Source of the DNA: Candidatus Nanohalobium sp. | Lineage (GTDB): Archaea; Nanohalarchaeota; Nanosalinia; Nanosalinales; Nanosalinaceae | NCBI GenBank assembly: GCA_042217545.1 | Contig: JBDGSM010000001.1 | Location: 1-40,007, forward strand | Reading direction: 5' to 3' | Length of the DNA: 40,007 bases | Part shown: piece after piece, positions 28,542 to 37,601 of the stretch | Layout of the letters: each line of letters begins with the position of its first letter | How positions within the stretch are numbered: the first letter of the stretch is position 1 | Translations under genes and position numbers: made by a program | Notes under the pieces: generated by a model | What the model was told of the DNA's origin: nothing | The model's input: only the letters and a program-made list of their open reading frames with translations | Databases searched by the model: none

Positions 28542-30605
28542 TTACTTTATCCTGCTTCCTATCTCTACTTCTTCGTCAGTCTCCAGCAGCGAGACTGTTT
28601 CTCCGTCTTCTGTTTCTGCTGCGAGCATCATGCACTCTGATTTCTCTCCACGAAGCTGTGTCGCTTCCAGGTTCGCGAGGACAACGACGCTTTTGCCTTC
28701 AAGCTCTTCTTTCTCGTAGAAGTTCTTGAGGCCTGCGCAGGTCTGAAGCACTTCGCTGCCGATATCAACTTTCACCTTGTACAGCTTGTCGGCGTTCGGA
28801 TGCTCCTCGACGCTCTGGACTTTTCCGGTCCTGATGTCCATGTCCTGGAAGTCTTCAAAGCTCACTGTGTCTTCGTTGAATTCGTGATCTTCTCCTCTCT
28901 GTTCCGAGGTATCAATCTTCTCGAATAGTATCTCCCGTTCTCCTAGCTCGTGGCCAGGTTCCAGGCCTCCGAGAAGAGGATCCACAAGCGCATCCACTCC
29001 TTCAGAGGTGTGGATGTCCGCGTCCAGCATGTCCCCGATTTTTTCTGTGGTCTCCGGTGTGAACGGGTAGAGTGTGACGCCAAGAGCTCGGATGATCTGG
29101 ATCGAGACATGGATGGTCTCCTCACGTCTTTCCTCATTGTTCCAGGGCTCTTCCTCGCTCAGGTAGCGGTCTCCGATCCTGGCAAGCTCGATAGCGTGAG
29201 ACAGGCCTTGCTTCAGATCACGGTTTTCAAAGGCCTCTACGTATTCGTCGATGACTTCTCCTGCTTCTTCGATAGCTTCTTCGTCTGCTTCTTCAAAGTC
29301 TCCTACAGGTACTTCGTTGTCGAACCATTGCTCTGCCAGGCTTAGGGTTCTGTTGACGAAGTTTCCGACAGTGTCGTTGAGGACGTTGTTGATCTCGTTC
29401 TCGAAATCGCTCCACGAGAACTTGGTGTCGTGGTCCTCAGGGATGTTCCTTGCGAGGTAGAACCTCCAGTAATCCGCAGGATACATATCCAGAGCATCCC
29501 CCGTGGAGAGGCCTTTACCCCTGGATTTTGAGAACTGTGTATCTTCGGCCATCAGGAACTGCTGGATGAACTCGTAATGAGGCATCTCGTACTCTATCTC
29601 CTCGTTACTGGCACCTTTCATCGTGCTCGGCCAGATAACGGTGTGGAAGATCGTATTATCCTTACCGATCGAATAGTAAGTCTCTGCGTCGCCCCAGTAC
29701 TTCTTCCATTCCTCTTCGTTTCCCTGATTTGCGAAGTGTTCTCTTGTGAAGCCGATGTAGCCGATCGGAGCATCGAACCAGACATACAGGACTTTGTCCT
29801 CGTATCTTTCCTCATCGATCTTCTCGACTTCAAGGCCTTCCTCTTCGATACGCTGATTCACGCGTTCAGCAGGTATCTGGAAGCCCCAGTCGATATCTCT
29901 TGTTATGCACCGCTCTTCAGTTTCCTCTATCGCGTTCTCCACTTCTTTTATTATGGAGTCCGGTACTGGCTGTGGGTCCGCGTTCTCAAGCCATTTCTTC
30001 AGGTCCTCCTTGAACTGCGGAAGATCCAGGTAGAGGTGTGTAGTATCCCTGAATTCGATGTCGGAACCGCCGCAGATCTGGCATTCCGGCTCGATTATCT
30101 CCTCAGGCTCGACAAGCTTCCCGCATTCATCACACTGATCTCCTCTCGCCAATCCGCCGCAGTGAGGACACTCTCCCTCGATGTAACGGTCAGGCAGGAA
30201 CCGTTCATCTGTGTTGCAGTACGGAAGGTTCTGCTTCTTCTCGTTGATGTATCCGTTTACGTAGAGCTCCTCGAACATGTCGTGCGTCTGCTTCCTGTTG
30301 TAATCCGAATCCGTGTTACCGTAGAAGGTGAAATCCATCTCCATACGGTCGAGAACGTCTTTAACCTTCTCGTCCTGCTGTTCGGCCAGCTCTTCGACAG
30401 GCATATCCTGCTCCATGGCCTCAAGTTCGAGAGGTGTCCCGTGGACATCGCTCCCACAGATGTAGATATTGTCCACACCTCTCACGTCAAGATAGCGGTG
30501 GAAAATATCCGCTGGCAGAAGGCTTCCTACAATGTTTCCCAAGTGCGGCACGCCGTGCACATACGGCAGAGCAGAAGTGACAGTAACCCGTCGATCGTCG
30601 TTAAT
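28542..30605 (-). CDS. metG: Methionine--tRNA ligase with C-terminal tRNA-binding (Trbp111-like) domain; probable AUU start
   Basis: VTSALPYVHGVPHLGN, CGSDVHG, Zn knuckles, YVWFDA, GKDN, FSKS, HPNADKL. The conserved frame extends 15 codons upstream of the track's GTG to ATT at 30605. Confidence 0.95.
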   Translation of the reverse strand: MNDDRRVTVTSALPYVHGVPHLGNIVGSLLPADIFHRYLDVRGVDNIYICGSDVHGTPLELEAMEQDMPVEELAEQQDEKVKDVLDRMEMDFTFYGNTDSDYNRKQTHDMFEELYVNGYINEKKQNLPYCNTDERFLPDRYIEGECPHCGGLARGDQCDECGKLVEPEEIIEPECQICGGSDIEFRDTTHLYLDLPQFKEDLKKWLENADPQPVPDSIIKEVENAIEETEERCITRDIDWGFQIPAERVNQRIEEEGLEVEKIDEERYEDKVLYVWFDAPIGYIGFTREHFANQGNEEEWKKYWGDAETYYSIGKDNTIFHTVIWPSTMKGASNEEIEYEMPHYEFIQQFLMAEDTQFSKSRGKGLSTGDALDMYPADYWRFYLARNIPEDHDTKFSWSDFENEINNVLNDTVGNFVNRTLSLAEQWFDNEVPVGDFEEADEEAIEEAGEVIDEYVEAFENRDLKQGLSHAIELARIGDRYLSEEEPWNNEERREETIHVSIQIIRALGVTLYPFTPETTEKIGDMLDADIHTSEGVDALVDPLLGGLEPGHELGEREILFEKIDTSEQRGEDHEFNEDTVSFEDFQDMDIRTGKVQSVEEHPNADKLYKVKVDIGSEVLQTCAGLKNFYEKEELEGKSVVVLANLEATQLRGEKSECMMLAAETEDGETVSLLETDEEVEIGSRIK

Positions 30606-30663
30606 TTTGATTCACCTAACAAAAAACCGGTGCTGGAAATTTTAAACCGTTAACCCGGAGGCC

Positions 30664-31437
30664 TCACAGGACTCTACGCCGCAGCTTCGCCAGACTGGAA
30701 AGCGCGTAGTCGGGCCTCTGGATCTCATCTGCCTTTTTCAGTTTCTCCTCAGAGATCTCACCTGTCAGGACTGCTGCGGTCGTCATGCCCAGCCTGTTAC
30801 CTGTCTCGATATCCGCCAGCCTGTCGCCGACAAACAGAGAGTTCTCAGGATAGTACGAGAAGTATTTCTTGAAGGCCTTTCTGAAATGCTCGCTCGGTTT
30901 ACCTGTGCGTTCTCCCTCGCCGAACACTTCCAGGGCCTTATTGCTTGGGAGCTGGTGAGGCCTGTCGCCCGAACTTGTGCGGAAGGTGTTCTCGCTGCTG
31001 CAGAAGTACATGTCGCCGCCGTTCTCCAGGATCTTCTGCGCCCGCTTCAACTTGTTGTAGTTGAACTGCCTATCCAGGCCTACTACAACGTTCTCCGCGT
31101 CTTCTGAGAAGTCTATGTCCTCTTTCTCAAGTTCGTTGATCAGGCCTTCCTCCCCTATGACGTAGGCCTTGTTAACGTCTTTTTCAGCTAGAACCTGTGC
31201 TGTTACGTATCCTGATGTTATTATCTCTTCTTCTGAGGCCTTGATGTTGAGGTTGCGGAGTTTTTCTGCATATGCTTTTCTTGTGAGCAGTGTGTTGTCG
31301 GTGTGGAACTTTACCTGTTTGCCTGATTCTCTGAGGCTCATGACGAGGTCTTCTGCGCCGATGACTGTGTCGTCCCAGCGTGTGAGTGTCTTTTCTATGT
31401 CGAGGAAGAACTGGCGGATTTCGTTGAGGTCTTTCAT
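30664..31437 (-). CDS. HAD-IIA (NagD-like) hydrolase
   Basis: IITSG, YVIGEEGL, VVVGLDRQFNY, GKPS, VGDRLADI..G..GM. Motif I is atypical (DIEKT). Confidence 0.88.
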   Translation of the reverse strand: MKDLNEIRQFFLDIEKTLTRWDDTVIGAEDLVMSLRESGKQVKFHTDNTLLTRKAYAEKLRNLNIKASEEEIITSGYVTAQVLAEKDVNKAYVIGEEGLINELEKEDIDFSEDAENVVVGLDRQFNYNKLKRAQKILENGGDMYFCSSENTFRTSSGDRPHQLPSNKALEVFGEGERTGKPSEHFRKAFKKYFSYYPENSLFVGDRLADIETGNRLGMTTAAVLTGEISEEKLKKADEIQRPDYALSSLAKLRRRVL

Positions 31438-31538
31438 GTGTTGGTTTTAGGTTTCAAATTTTTTAGGGATAGCGTTTCAGTTACGTGGATCGGCGGTTCC
31501 ATGTTAAGTTTTTAATCAAGTCCAGACCTAGTTAATAC

Positions 31539-33452
31539 GTGATTGTCGGAAATTACTATATCAATAATGCGCTGATCGGTGTCGTTCTTGTAGCTGCCGT
31601 AGGTGGCCTGGGTTATTCCACAGGTGTCTTCAACTCGGTTATGCCGGGTGGAAGCGGTGAGGTTTCTTCACCGGGCAGGAATTTGAGCATAAGTCTTGAG
31701 AACAGCGATCTAAGGGCTGGAAGTACTGCTACCGTGACTGTAAGGGATTCTAACGGCGATACGGTATCTGAGGCTGCGGTCTATGTTAAAGGTTCCCAGG
31801 TCGGAGTTACGTCTGAGAGAGGGAAGATCAGGTTCAGCGTGCCTAACTCCTCTCAGGTAACTGTGAAAGCGTCCATCGATGGAGCGAACGTTACCAGGAC
31901 GCTCCAGGTATCAGGATCTTCTGGATCACAGAGAGGGAACAGCAATACGGGTAAGGGATCGGAGAACAGTACTGGAAGCGGTAGCGACTCCAAAACCGGT
32001 AACGACAGCCAGGGAAGCGGAGATACTGGAAGCCAGACAACCCAGGCATCCATCGATATACGTTCACCAGGTTCCACAGTGTATTCGAAGGATCTGACCT
32101 TTGAAGTCGCTGTAAGTGGCGGTTCGCATTTTGAGGTTTCTGTGGATGGTTCTCCTGTTTACTCTGGTTCTTTCTCCGGGGATAAAGTCTTGAGCCATAA
32201 TTTTTCAGTCTCCAGCTACGGCAGCCACAGGTTTAACGTCTCGCTGTTCAACGATGAAGGCCTTCTCAACTCATCTGTGAAACAGTTGAACGTTGAGGCA
32301 GGCGGGAGCGGAGGCAACCAGAGCAAGGCGGATATAGGTATCAGAAATCCCGGGGATAGCCAGGTATTGACTGGCAGTGACGTGGTTTTCAAGATGATAT
32401 TCGATACTGGTACTTCAGATCTGGAGTACAGATTGCTTGTGGACGGCCAGGAGAAGGCCTCAGGCGGTCTTCCTTCAGGGTTCAGTAATGTTTCAAAGTC
32501 GCTGACTTTCGGGCCGGGAGATCACAGTTACACGGTTAAGGTGGTGGATTCCGGTGCCGAAACGGTTTCCGAGAAGTCAGGCTCTTTCTCGGTGGAGACG
32601 AACGATGCCGTGATTTTCAGGAAGCCTGAGTACACGTTTTACACGGGGGAGGTTCCTCTGAAGCTGGATCTGAAGAAGGATCTGGCTGATAGTTACAGGG
32701 TCATGGTGGACGGCGAAAAGGCCTACTCAGGTCAGCTGAGCGGGGATAAGACCATTGAGAAAACTCTTGATCTCTCCACGGGTAATCATACTTTGCGCGG
32801 CCTGCTCCTCAGCGATGGAGATGTTATCGTGAACCGGTCGAAGGAGGTCGGTGTTGAGAGAAGAGATGTTTTCGCGCTGCATCATCCTAATGATACGGTT
32901 ATAGATGACTACCAGACCTATTTCTACTTCGAGGTCGATAACTCGATCCTTCAGGCCTCTTCCTATGACATCCTGCTGGATGGAAAGGTGGTTCACTCCG
33001 GTAAGATCTCCGGGGACGGCAATATCAGGGTAGGGAAGCATCAGAGCCTTGAGCTGAATGTTCCGGATGCAGGAGATCATTCCTGGAAGGTCAGGACCTC
33101 AGGAACTTATACTAACACGTCGGAGGTAGCAAACTTTACTACGACAAGGTCTGAGCCTTCGAGGATTAACCTGGATCTCTGGAAGCCTTCGCAGGGAGCT
33201 ACTGTTTCAGGACAGGTCAGGTTTTCGTGGAACGTCTCAGCTCCTTCAGACCAGGAGTACGATGTATACTGGATTACAAACGCCTCGGCGCAGCAGGGGC
33301 CTTCCTACATGTCAGGTTCAGGAGGAATGAGCACTTACTCCGAGCTATTTGATTACAACGGCAGTGCGACTTATTCCTGGCGTGTCAATATAACGAATAA
33401 AACCACGGGTAACGTGATCACATCTGCTGGGAGGAGCCTGAACTATGAGTAG
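31539..33452 (+). CDS. Membrane-anchored surface glycoprotein with multiple Ig-like/beta-sandwich modules
   Basis: N-terminal hydrophobic anchor, Ser/Gly linker, repeated I.I.SP / VDG..V.SG modules, many N-x-S/T sequons. Confidence 0.8.
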   Translation: MIVGNYYINNALIGVVLVAAVGGLGYSTGVFNSVMPGGSGEVSSPGRNLSISLENSDLRAGSTATVTVRDSNGDTVSEAAVYVKGSQVGVTSERGKIRFSVPNSSQVTVKASIDGANVTRTLQVSGSSGSQRGNSNTGKGSENSTGSGSDSKTGNDSQGSGDTGSQTTQASIDIRSPGSTVYSKDLTFEVAVSGGSHFEVSVDGSPVYSGSFSGDKVLSHNFSVSSYGSHRFNVSLFNDEGLLNSSVKQLNVEAGGSGGNQSKADIGIRNPGDSQVLTGSDVVFKMIFDTGTSDLEYRLLVDGQEKASGGLPSGFSNVSKSLTFGPGDHSYTVKVVDSGAETVSEKSGSFSVETNDAVIFRKPEYTFYTGEVPLKLDLKKDLADSYRVMVDGEKAYSGQLSGDKTIEKTLDLSTGNHTLRGLLLSDGDVIVNRSKEVGVERRDVFALHHPNDTVIDDYQTYFYFEVDNSILQASSYDILLDGKVVHSGKISGDGNIRVGKHQSLELNVPDAGDHSWKVRTSGTYTNTSEVANFTTTRSEPSRINLDLWKPSQGATVSGQVRFSWNVSAPSDQEYDVYWITNASAQQGPSYMSGSGGMSTYSELFDYNGSATYSWRVNITNKTTGNVITSAGRSLNYE

Positions 33453-35886
33453 ATTTACCGCAGTATCTCTTGGTAAGGCCTCGGCGCTGCTTGTCCTGCT
33501 TGTTTTAATGGCATCTTTCTCTCTTGCAGGGAAGATAAGCGATAGCACATATCTGAACAGGATCGATAGCTGTACAGGCTACTGTACGACATCGGACAGC
33601 ATGAGTACATTGACTGCTGGTTCGACCTCCCATCTTGACACAGGTTGGACAGGTTTCTGTGGTACGGTCTGGGCCCAGGAGCATTACTATATTCCTTACT
33701 CAGCTGACAAGATGAAGTTCGATATCAGCCTGGATACAAGTTACTGGGGTGCAGGAGGAGACATAGTTATAGCGGATGGAGAGAGTACAAGAACTATCTT
33801 CAGCAGGGATCCAAGCGGAGGCCAGGAGGATTACTACGGCACCTTTACCGAGAGTATGAGCCGGTACAGGGGAGAGTACATTGATGTCAGGTACGTTATC
33901 TCAGATCTTTCACAGGACTGGTGTAATATGTTTGACCACGACGTGCAGTACACTGCTTCTTCCTCACTTGTGACCACCAACAACGCGCCCGATACACCGA
34001 GTTCTTTGAGGCCTTACTGGAGCGGTGTCAGCACCAGGCCGTACATAGGCGCCTATTACAGCGATCCTGAAGGTAGCTACGGTAGCTTGAAGTTTTACAC
34101 GGGCGGTGGAAGCTACATAGGTTCCTGCTCCACAGGCTCTGGTTCAAGGTGCTCGGTCTACTACAGCGGTGCTTCATCTTCCTGTACTAACTATGACTTC
34201 AGGGTAAAGGCGGATGACGGCTCCAAGACGTCCTCGTTCAGTTATACTCAGAACTTCAAGACCGGAGGCTGTAACAGTCCTCCTTACACTCCGAGCAGCC
34301 TGGATCCTTCAGGAAGCGGTGTCTCGGTTTCACCTAATCTGGATGCATACTACAATGATCCCGATAGCGATGATGGTACACTTTACTTCCAGAGTTCTGG
34401 AGGTTCAAGCATCGGCTCCTGTTCAACTTACAGCGGTTCAAGCTGCAGCGTGAACTGGGGCAGCGCCAATAACTACGGGACTAGTTACTCCTTCGATGTA
34501 TACGCGCAGGACAACAACGGAGCTAATTCAGGAACAAATTCTCAATCATTCAAAACCAATTCAAGGCCTTCAGTAAGCAATCTGAGGCCTTCGAACACCA
34601 AGATCTCTTACTCTCCTACTTTGAAGGCGGATGTGAGTGATCCCGATGGTGACTCACTTACTGCTCGTTTCTTCCTGGATGGTAGCCATGTCGGAACGGA
34701 TATGGTCTCGGGAAGCGGCACGGCCAGGTACTCTACCAGCGACTTGAGTTCCAGCCAGCACTCTTTCCATGTAAAGGTAAGCGATGGTTCAGTATCTGAT
34801 ACAAGCGGTACTTCCACGTTCATAATTAACCATGCGCCGAGCGTCCGGGATGTATCTGTTGATCCGCTTGGCCAGGGTCACGCAGTCAAGTTCCGTGCGG
34901 TTGTAAAGGATCAGGACGGCAACGACCAGATCTCCAGCTGCCAGCTGAAAGTCACTGGCGGTAGCGGTGGCTCGAAGACTTACTCGATGACGCCGGAACC
35001 GGGCAGTACCTCGAAGAAAGCGATCTGCAAGGTTTCCCGGATAGATCAGACCGATGCTGACTGGTCGCACCTGGAAGATCTTAATATGGACTTTACAGTA
35101 ACCGATGACGAAGGTGCGACAGACTCCTCATCTGCTACAGCTACACTTCCAAACCACAAGCCGAAGGTAGAATCTATTGATGTAACTGACTACCCTGACA
35201 GGAATGCTTTCAGGGTATCAGCCCCTATCAAGTACATGGACAACGATACATCGGAAATCAGATCCTGCACAGTAGTCTTGGACAACGGAGATCAGTCGTA
35301 CAGCGCAGGACATCTTGAAAAAGTCGGTTCAACGCTCAAATGCGTCCAGGAAAATATAGGGCCTGACAGGTTCTCAGGCCTGAGTCTGGATGACGCAATC
35401 ACGATAAAGGTAAGGGCTACGGACATACACGGAGCAACAAGGCAGAAAAAGACGCTCTACAACGTTCCATCCAAGCTAAAGTATGATTACTCTGCTGTCG
35501 TCCTTCGTTCGGGATCAGTACAGTTCCTGAAGTACAGAGCAGTCAATAAAGCAGGAATCAAGAGCAAATACAGGACTACGATTGAAGGGGTCAACGCTAC
35601 GTTCACATCCAACGGGAAATCCCAGATAGAATACAACCTTTCAAGCGGGGAGACCCGAAAGTTCAGTATCAAGGTTATACCGGAGTCAGGAGAAACCACC
35701 AAGAAACAGCTCAAAGTAGTCACCAAGAACCTGGATACAGGTCTTGAAAAGACGAAGAAGATAACAGTAGGCATAGTGGACGCGGGAACACCGTCTTCCA
35801 GACCGGTTCCGGGACCGGGCCTGATACAGCTACTTTTCCTCCTGGCGGCAGCGTCATACGTATTCTGGAACGGGAAGGCTCCATGA
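33445..35886 (+). CDS. Secreted Cys-containing surface protein with tandem Ig/FnIII-like repeats and C-terminal anchor
   Basis: Signal peptide, modules starting N-x-x-P with SDPEG/NDPDSD/SDPDGD/DQDG, C-terminal VPGPG plus TM helix. Confidence 0.82.
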   Translation: MSRFTAVSLGKASALLVLLVLMASFSLAGKISDSTYLNRIDSCTGYCTTSDSMSTLTAGSTSHLDTGWTGFCGTVWAQEHYYIPYSADKMKFDISLDTSYWGAGGDIVIADGESTRTIFSRDPSGGQEDYYGTFTESMSRYRGEYIDVRYVISDLSQDWCNMFDHDVQYTASSSLVTTNNAPDTPSSLRPYWSGVSTRPYIGAYYSDPEGSYGSLKFYTGGGSYIGSCSTGSGSRCSVYYSGASSSCTNYDFRVKADDGSKTSSFSYTQNFKTGGCNSPPYTPSSLDPSGSGVSVSPNLDAYYNDPDSDDGTLYFQSSGGSSIGSCSTYSGSSCSVNWGSANNYGTSYSFDVYAQDNNGANSGTNSQSFKTNSRPSVSNLRPSNTKISYSPTLKADVSDPDGDSLTARFFLDGSHVGTDMVSGSGTARYSTSDLSSSQHSFHVKVSDGSVSDTSGTSTFIINHAPSVRDVSVDPLGQGHAVKFRAVVKDQDGNDQISSCQLKVTGGSGGSKTYSMTPEPGSTSKKAICKVSRIDQTDADWSHLEDLNMDFTVTDDEGATDSSSATATLPNHKPKVESIDVTDYPDRNAFRVSAPIKYMDNDTSEIRSCTVVLDNGDQSYSAGHLEKVGSTLKCVQENIGPDRFSGLSLDDAITIKVRATDIHGATRQKKTLYNVPSKLKYDYSAVVLRSGSVQFLKYRAVNKAGIKSKYRTTIEGVNATFTSNGKSQIEYNLSSGETRKFSIKVIPESGETTKKQLKVVTKNLDTGLEKTKKITVGIVDAGTPSSRPVPGPGLIQLLFLLAAASYVFWNGKAP

Positions 35887-35920
35887 ACCGATTTAAACCC
35901 GCGTAAAGAAGAAATGTGTT

Positions 35921-36427
35921 ATGGAGAAGATTTCCGCTTTTCTCTTGGCAGGCCTGCTTCTTGTCGGAGGAGCAGCTGCAAGCAGTCACAGCGGCAAACT
36001 GGATGAGGGCCTTTCCTACGATTACTCGGCCATGATACTGCCGGTGGGCGGTGTGGACTCTACTATTCTCCAGGTCTCAAGTAACTCTACTAAAACTCTG
36101 CATCTGAGGACAGAGCTTTCATCGGTTGATTCAAAGTTCACAGAGAGCGATAAGGCCTCGATAACGTACACGGTACCTCCTGGAGGAAACAGGTCTTTCA
36201 GGATACAGGTGTCGCCTCAGGTATCAGATCAGGGCATGAAACAGCTTGAAGTGAACACGGTAAACCTGAACACGAGCCTGGAGAAAAGCTTTGAACTTCC
36301 AGTGTATATAAGAAAAACCTCCAATACTCAGGATCTAGGCCTTCCAGGAATCTCATCCTTAGCCTTGATACTCCTGTTCTCTATGGCTACAGGTTTCCTG
36401 ACCTGGAGAAAAAAGGTTTATTCCTGA
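35921..36427 (+). CDS. Small surface protein, paralogous to the C-terminal domain of the upstream gene
   Basis: Signal peptide, YDYSA...NLNTSLEK domain, LPG plus TM helix plus WRKK. Confidence 0.8.
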   Translation: MEKISAFLLAGLLLVGGAAASSHSGKLDEGLSYDYSAMILPVGGVDSTILQVSSNSTKTLHLRTELSSVDSKFTESDKASITYTVPPGGNRSFRIQVSPQVSDQGMKQLEVNTVNLNTSLEKSFELPVYIRKTSNTQDLGLPGISSLALILLFSMATGFLTWRKKVYS

Positions 36428-36612
36428 TCTCTGTTCTGCACAACTCTTACAATATAGCCTGCTACCCGGTTCCTTAGCTTCTTCGATTTGAACTCTTCTG
36501 TTTCCTTCAGTTCTTCCTTGTTCTCGTCGAAGTCCTCGGAGAAACGTTCTTTATCCGCGGTTACAAGATCCTTCGCCAGGCGTTTAACGTAAGTCTGTCT
36601 TACACGTCCCAT
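36418..36612 (-). CDS. rps17e: 30S ribosomal protein S17e
   Basis: MGRVRQTYVKRLA...FSEDFDENK...SKKLRNRVAGYI. Confidence 0.96.
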   Translation of the reverse strand: MGRVRQTYVKRLAKDLVTADKERFSEDFDENKEELKETEEFKSKKLRNRVAGYIVRVVQNRDQE

Positions 36613-36683
36613 ACACGAAAAAACTGGAAGACAAACTTCTTAAACCCTCTACTTTAAACCTGTCCACTAACAATTGCATTCAC

Positions 36684-36974
36684 ATGTCACGGATCAGACG
36701 CCTGGTACTTGATGTCCTGAAACCACATCAACCCAGCATGGTAAAGTTCGCGGAACGCATCCAGCAGGCCTCCGGTGTCGAAGGAGTAAACGCCAAGGTC
36801 TACGAGATCGACGAAGAAGTCAGGAATCTAAAGATAACAGTCGAAGGAGACGGCATATCCGAGGAAGAAGTCAGGGATACTGTGGATGACCTCGGAGGAA
36901 GCGTACACAGCATAGACGAGATAGTCACCGGCGAGAAAATGGTCGAAGAAAGCAAGACACCGCAGGATGCATGA
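36684..36974 (+). CDS. DUF211 family protein
   Basis: IRRLVLDVLKPH...GGSVHSIDE. Confidence 0.92.
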   Translation: MSRIRRLVLDVLKPHQPSMVKFAERIQQASGVEGVNAKVYEIDEEVRNLKITVEGDGISEEEVRDTVDDLGGSVHSIDEIVTGEKMVEESKTPQDA

Positions 36975-37546
36975 AAAAAACCCAGGATATCAGGGAACTC
37001 TGGAAAAAAGAGGAAGTCCGTGCCATCTCAAGGCGCTACTTTATCTCAAACGGGTTTGACGGAACACTGACATCCACAGGAATAGCCATCGGAAGCTTTC
37101 TATCAGGAGTCCCGGACGGCCTCACAGTCTTCAAAGTCGGCATAGGCGCAGGAATAGGCCTCGCAACTTCAGGAGTCTGGAGTGTATGGGAGATCGAACG
37201 TGCTGAGAAACTTGCGGAACTCCAAGAACTCGAAGAACCGATGATGACCGATCTTGAAAACACGGAGATCCACAGGCAGAAAAAACAGGGCAGAACTATA
37301 AACGCCGCCATGAGCGGATTAGGCCCTGTACTCGGAATAGTGTTGCCTATGATACCGTTCCTTTTCGAGCCTGCGATCGGAATGCTTAACGCCACCATAG
37401 CCTCAGTCGCGGTAGCTGTATGCCTTCTCTCCAGCTTTGGCGCATACATGGGAAAGATCTCGGGCCAGAAACTATGGAAGGCAGCTATCCGGATGGGACT
37501 CGCAGGCCTGGTAGTCGCATTACTGAACATCGTTCTGCCAGGGTAG
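36971..37546 (+). CDS. VIT1/CCC1-like membrane protein (usual partner of DUF211)
   Basis: RRYFISNGFDG, EIERAE, GAYMGKISG; ATGA overlap with the DUF211 gene. Confidence 0.88.
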   Translation: MKKTQDIRELWKKEEVRAISRRYFISNGFDGTLTSTGIAIGSFLSGVPDGLTVFKVGIGAGIGLATSGVWSVWEIERAEKLAELQELEEPMMTDLENTEIHRQKKQGRTINAAMSGLGPVLGIVLPMIPFLFEPAIGMLNATIASVAVAVCLLSSFGAYMGKISGQKLWKAAIRMGLAGLVVALLNIVLPG

Positions 37547-37601
37547 AGAAAAACATTTAGAAGTAAAGGGAGAAACCAATGTCTGGAGGCCTTCTAGGAC
37601 C

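Noticed and set aside
29577..30653. 358-aa plus-strand ORF, and similar long ORFs such as 19545-20369, 17917-18534 and 9161-9778
   Set aside because: They lie antisense to well-supported genes and show no motifs; they are explained by codon bias on the coding strand.
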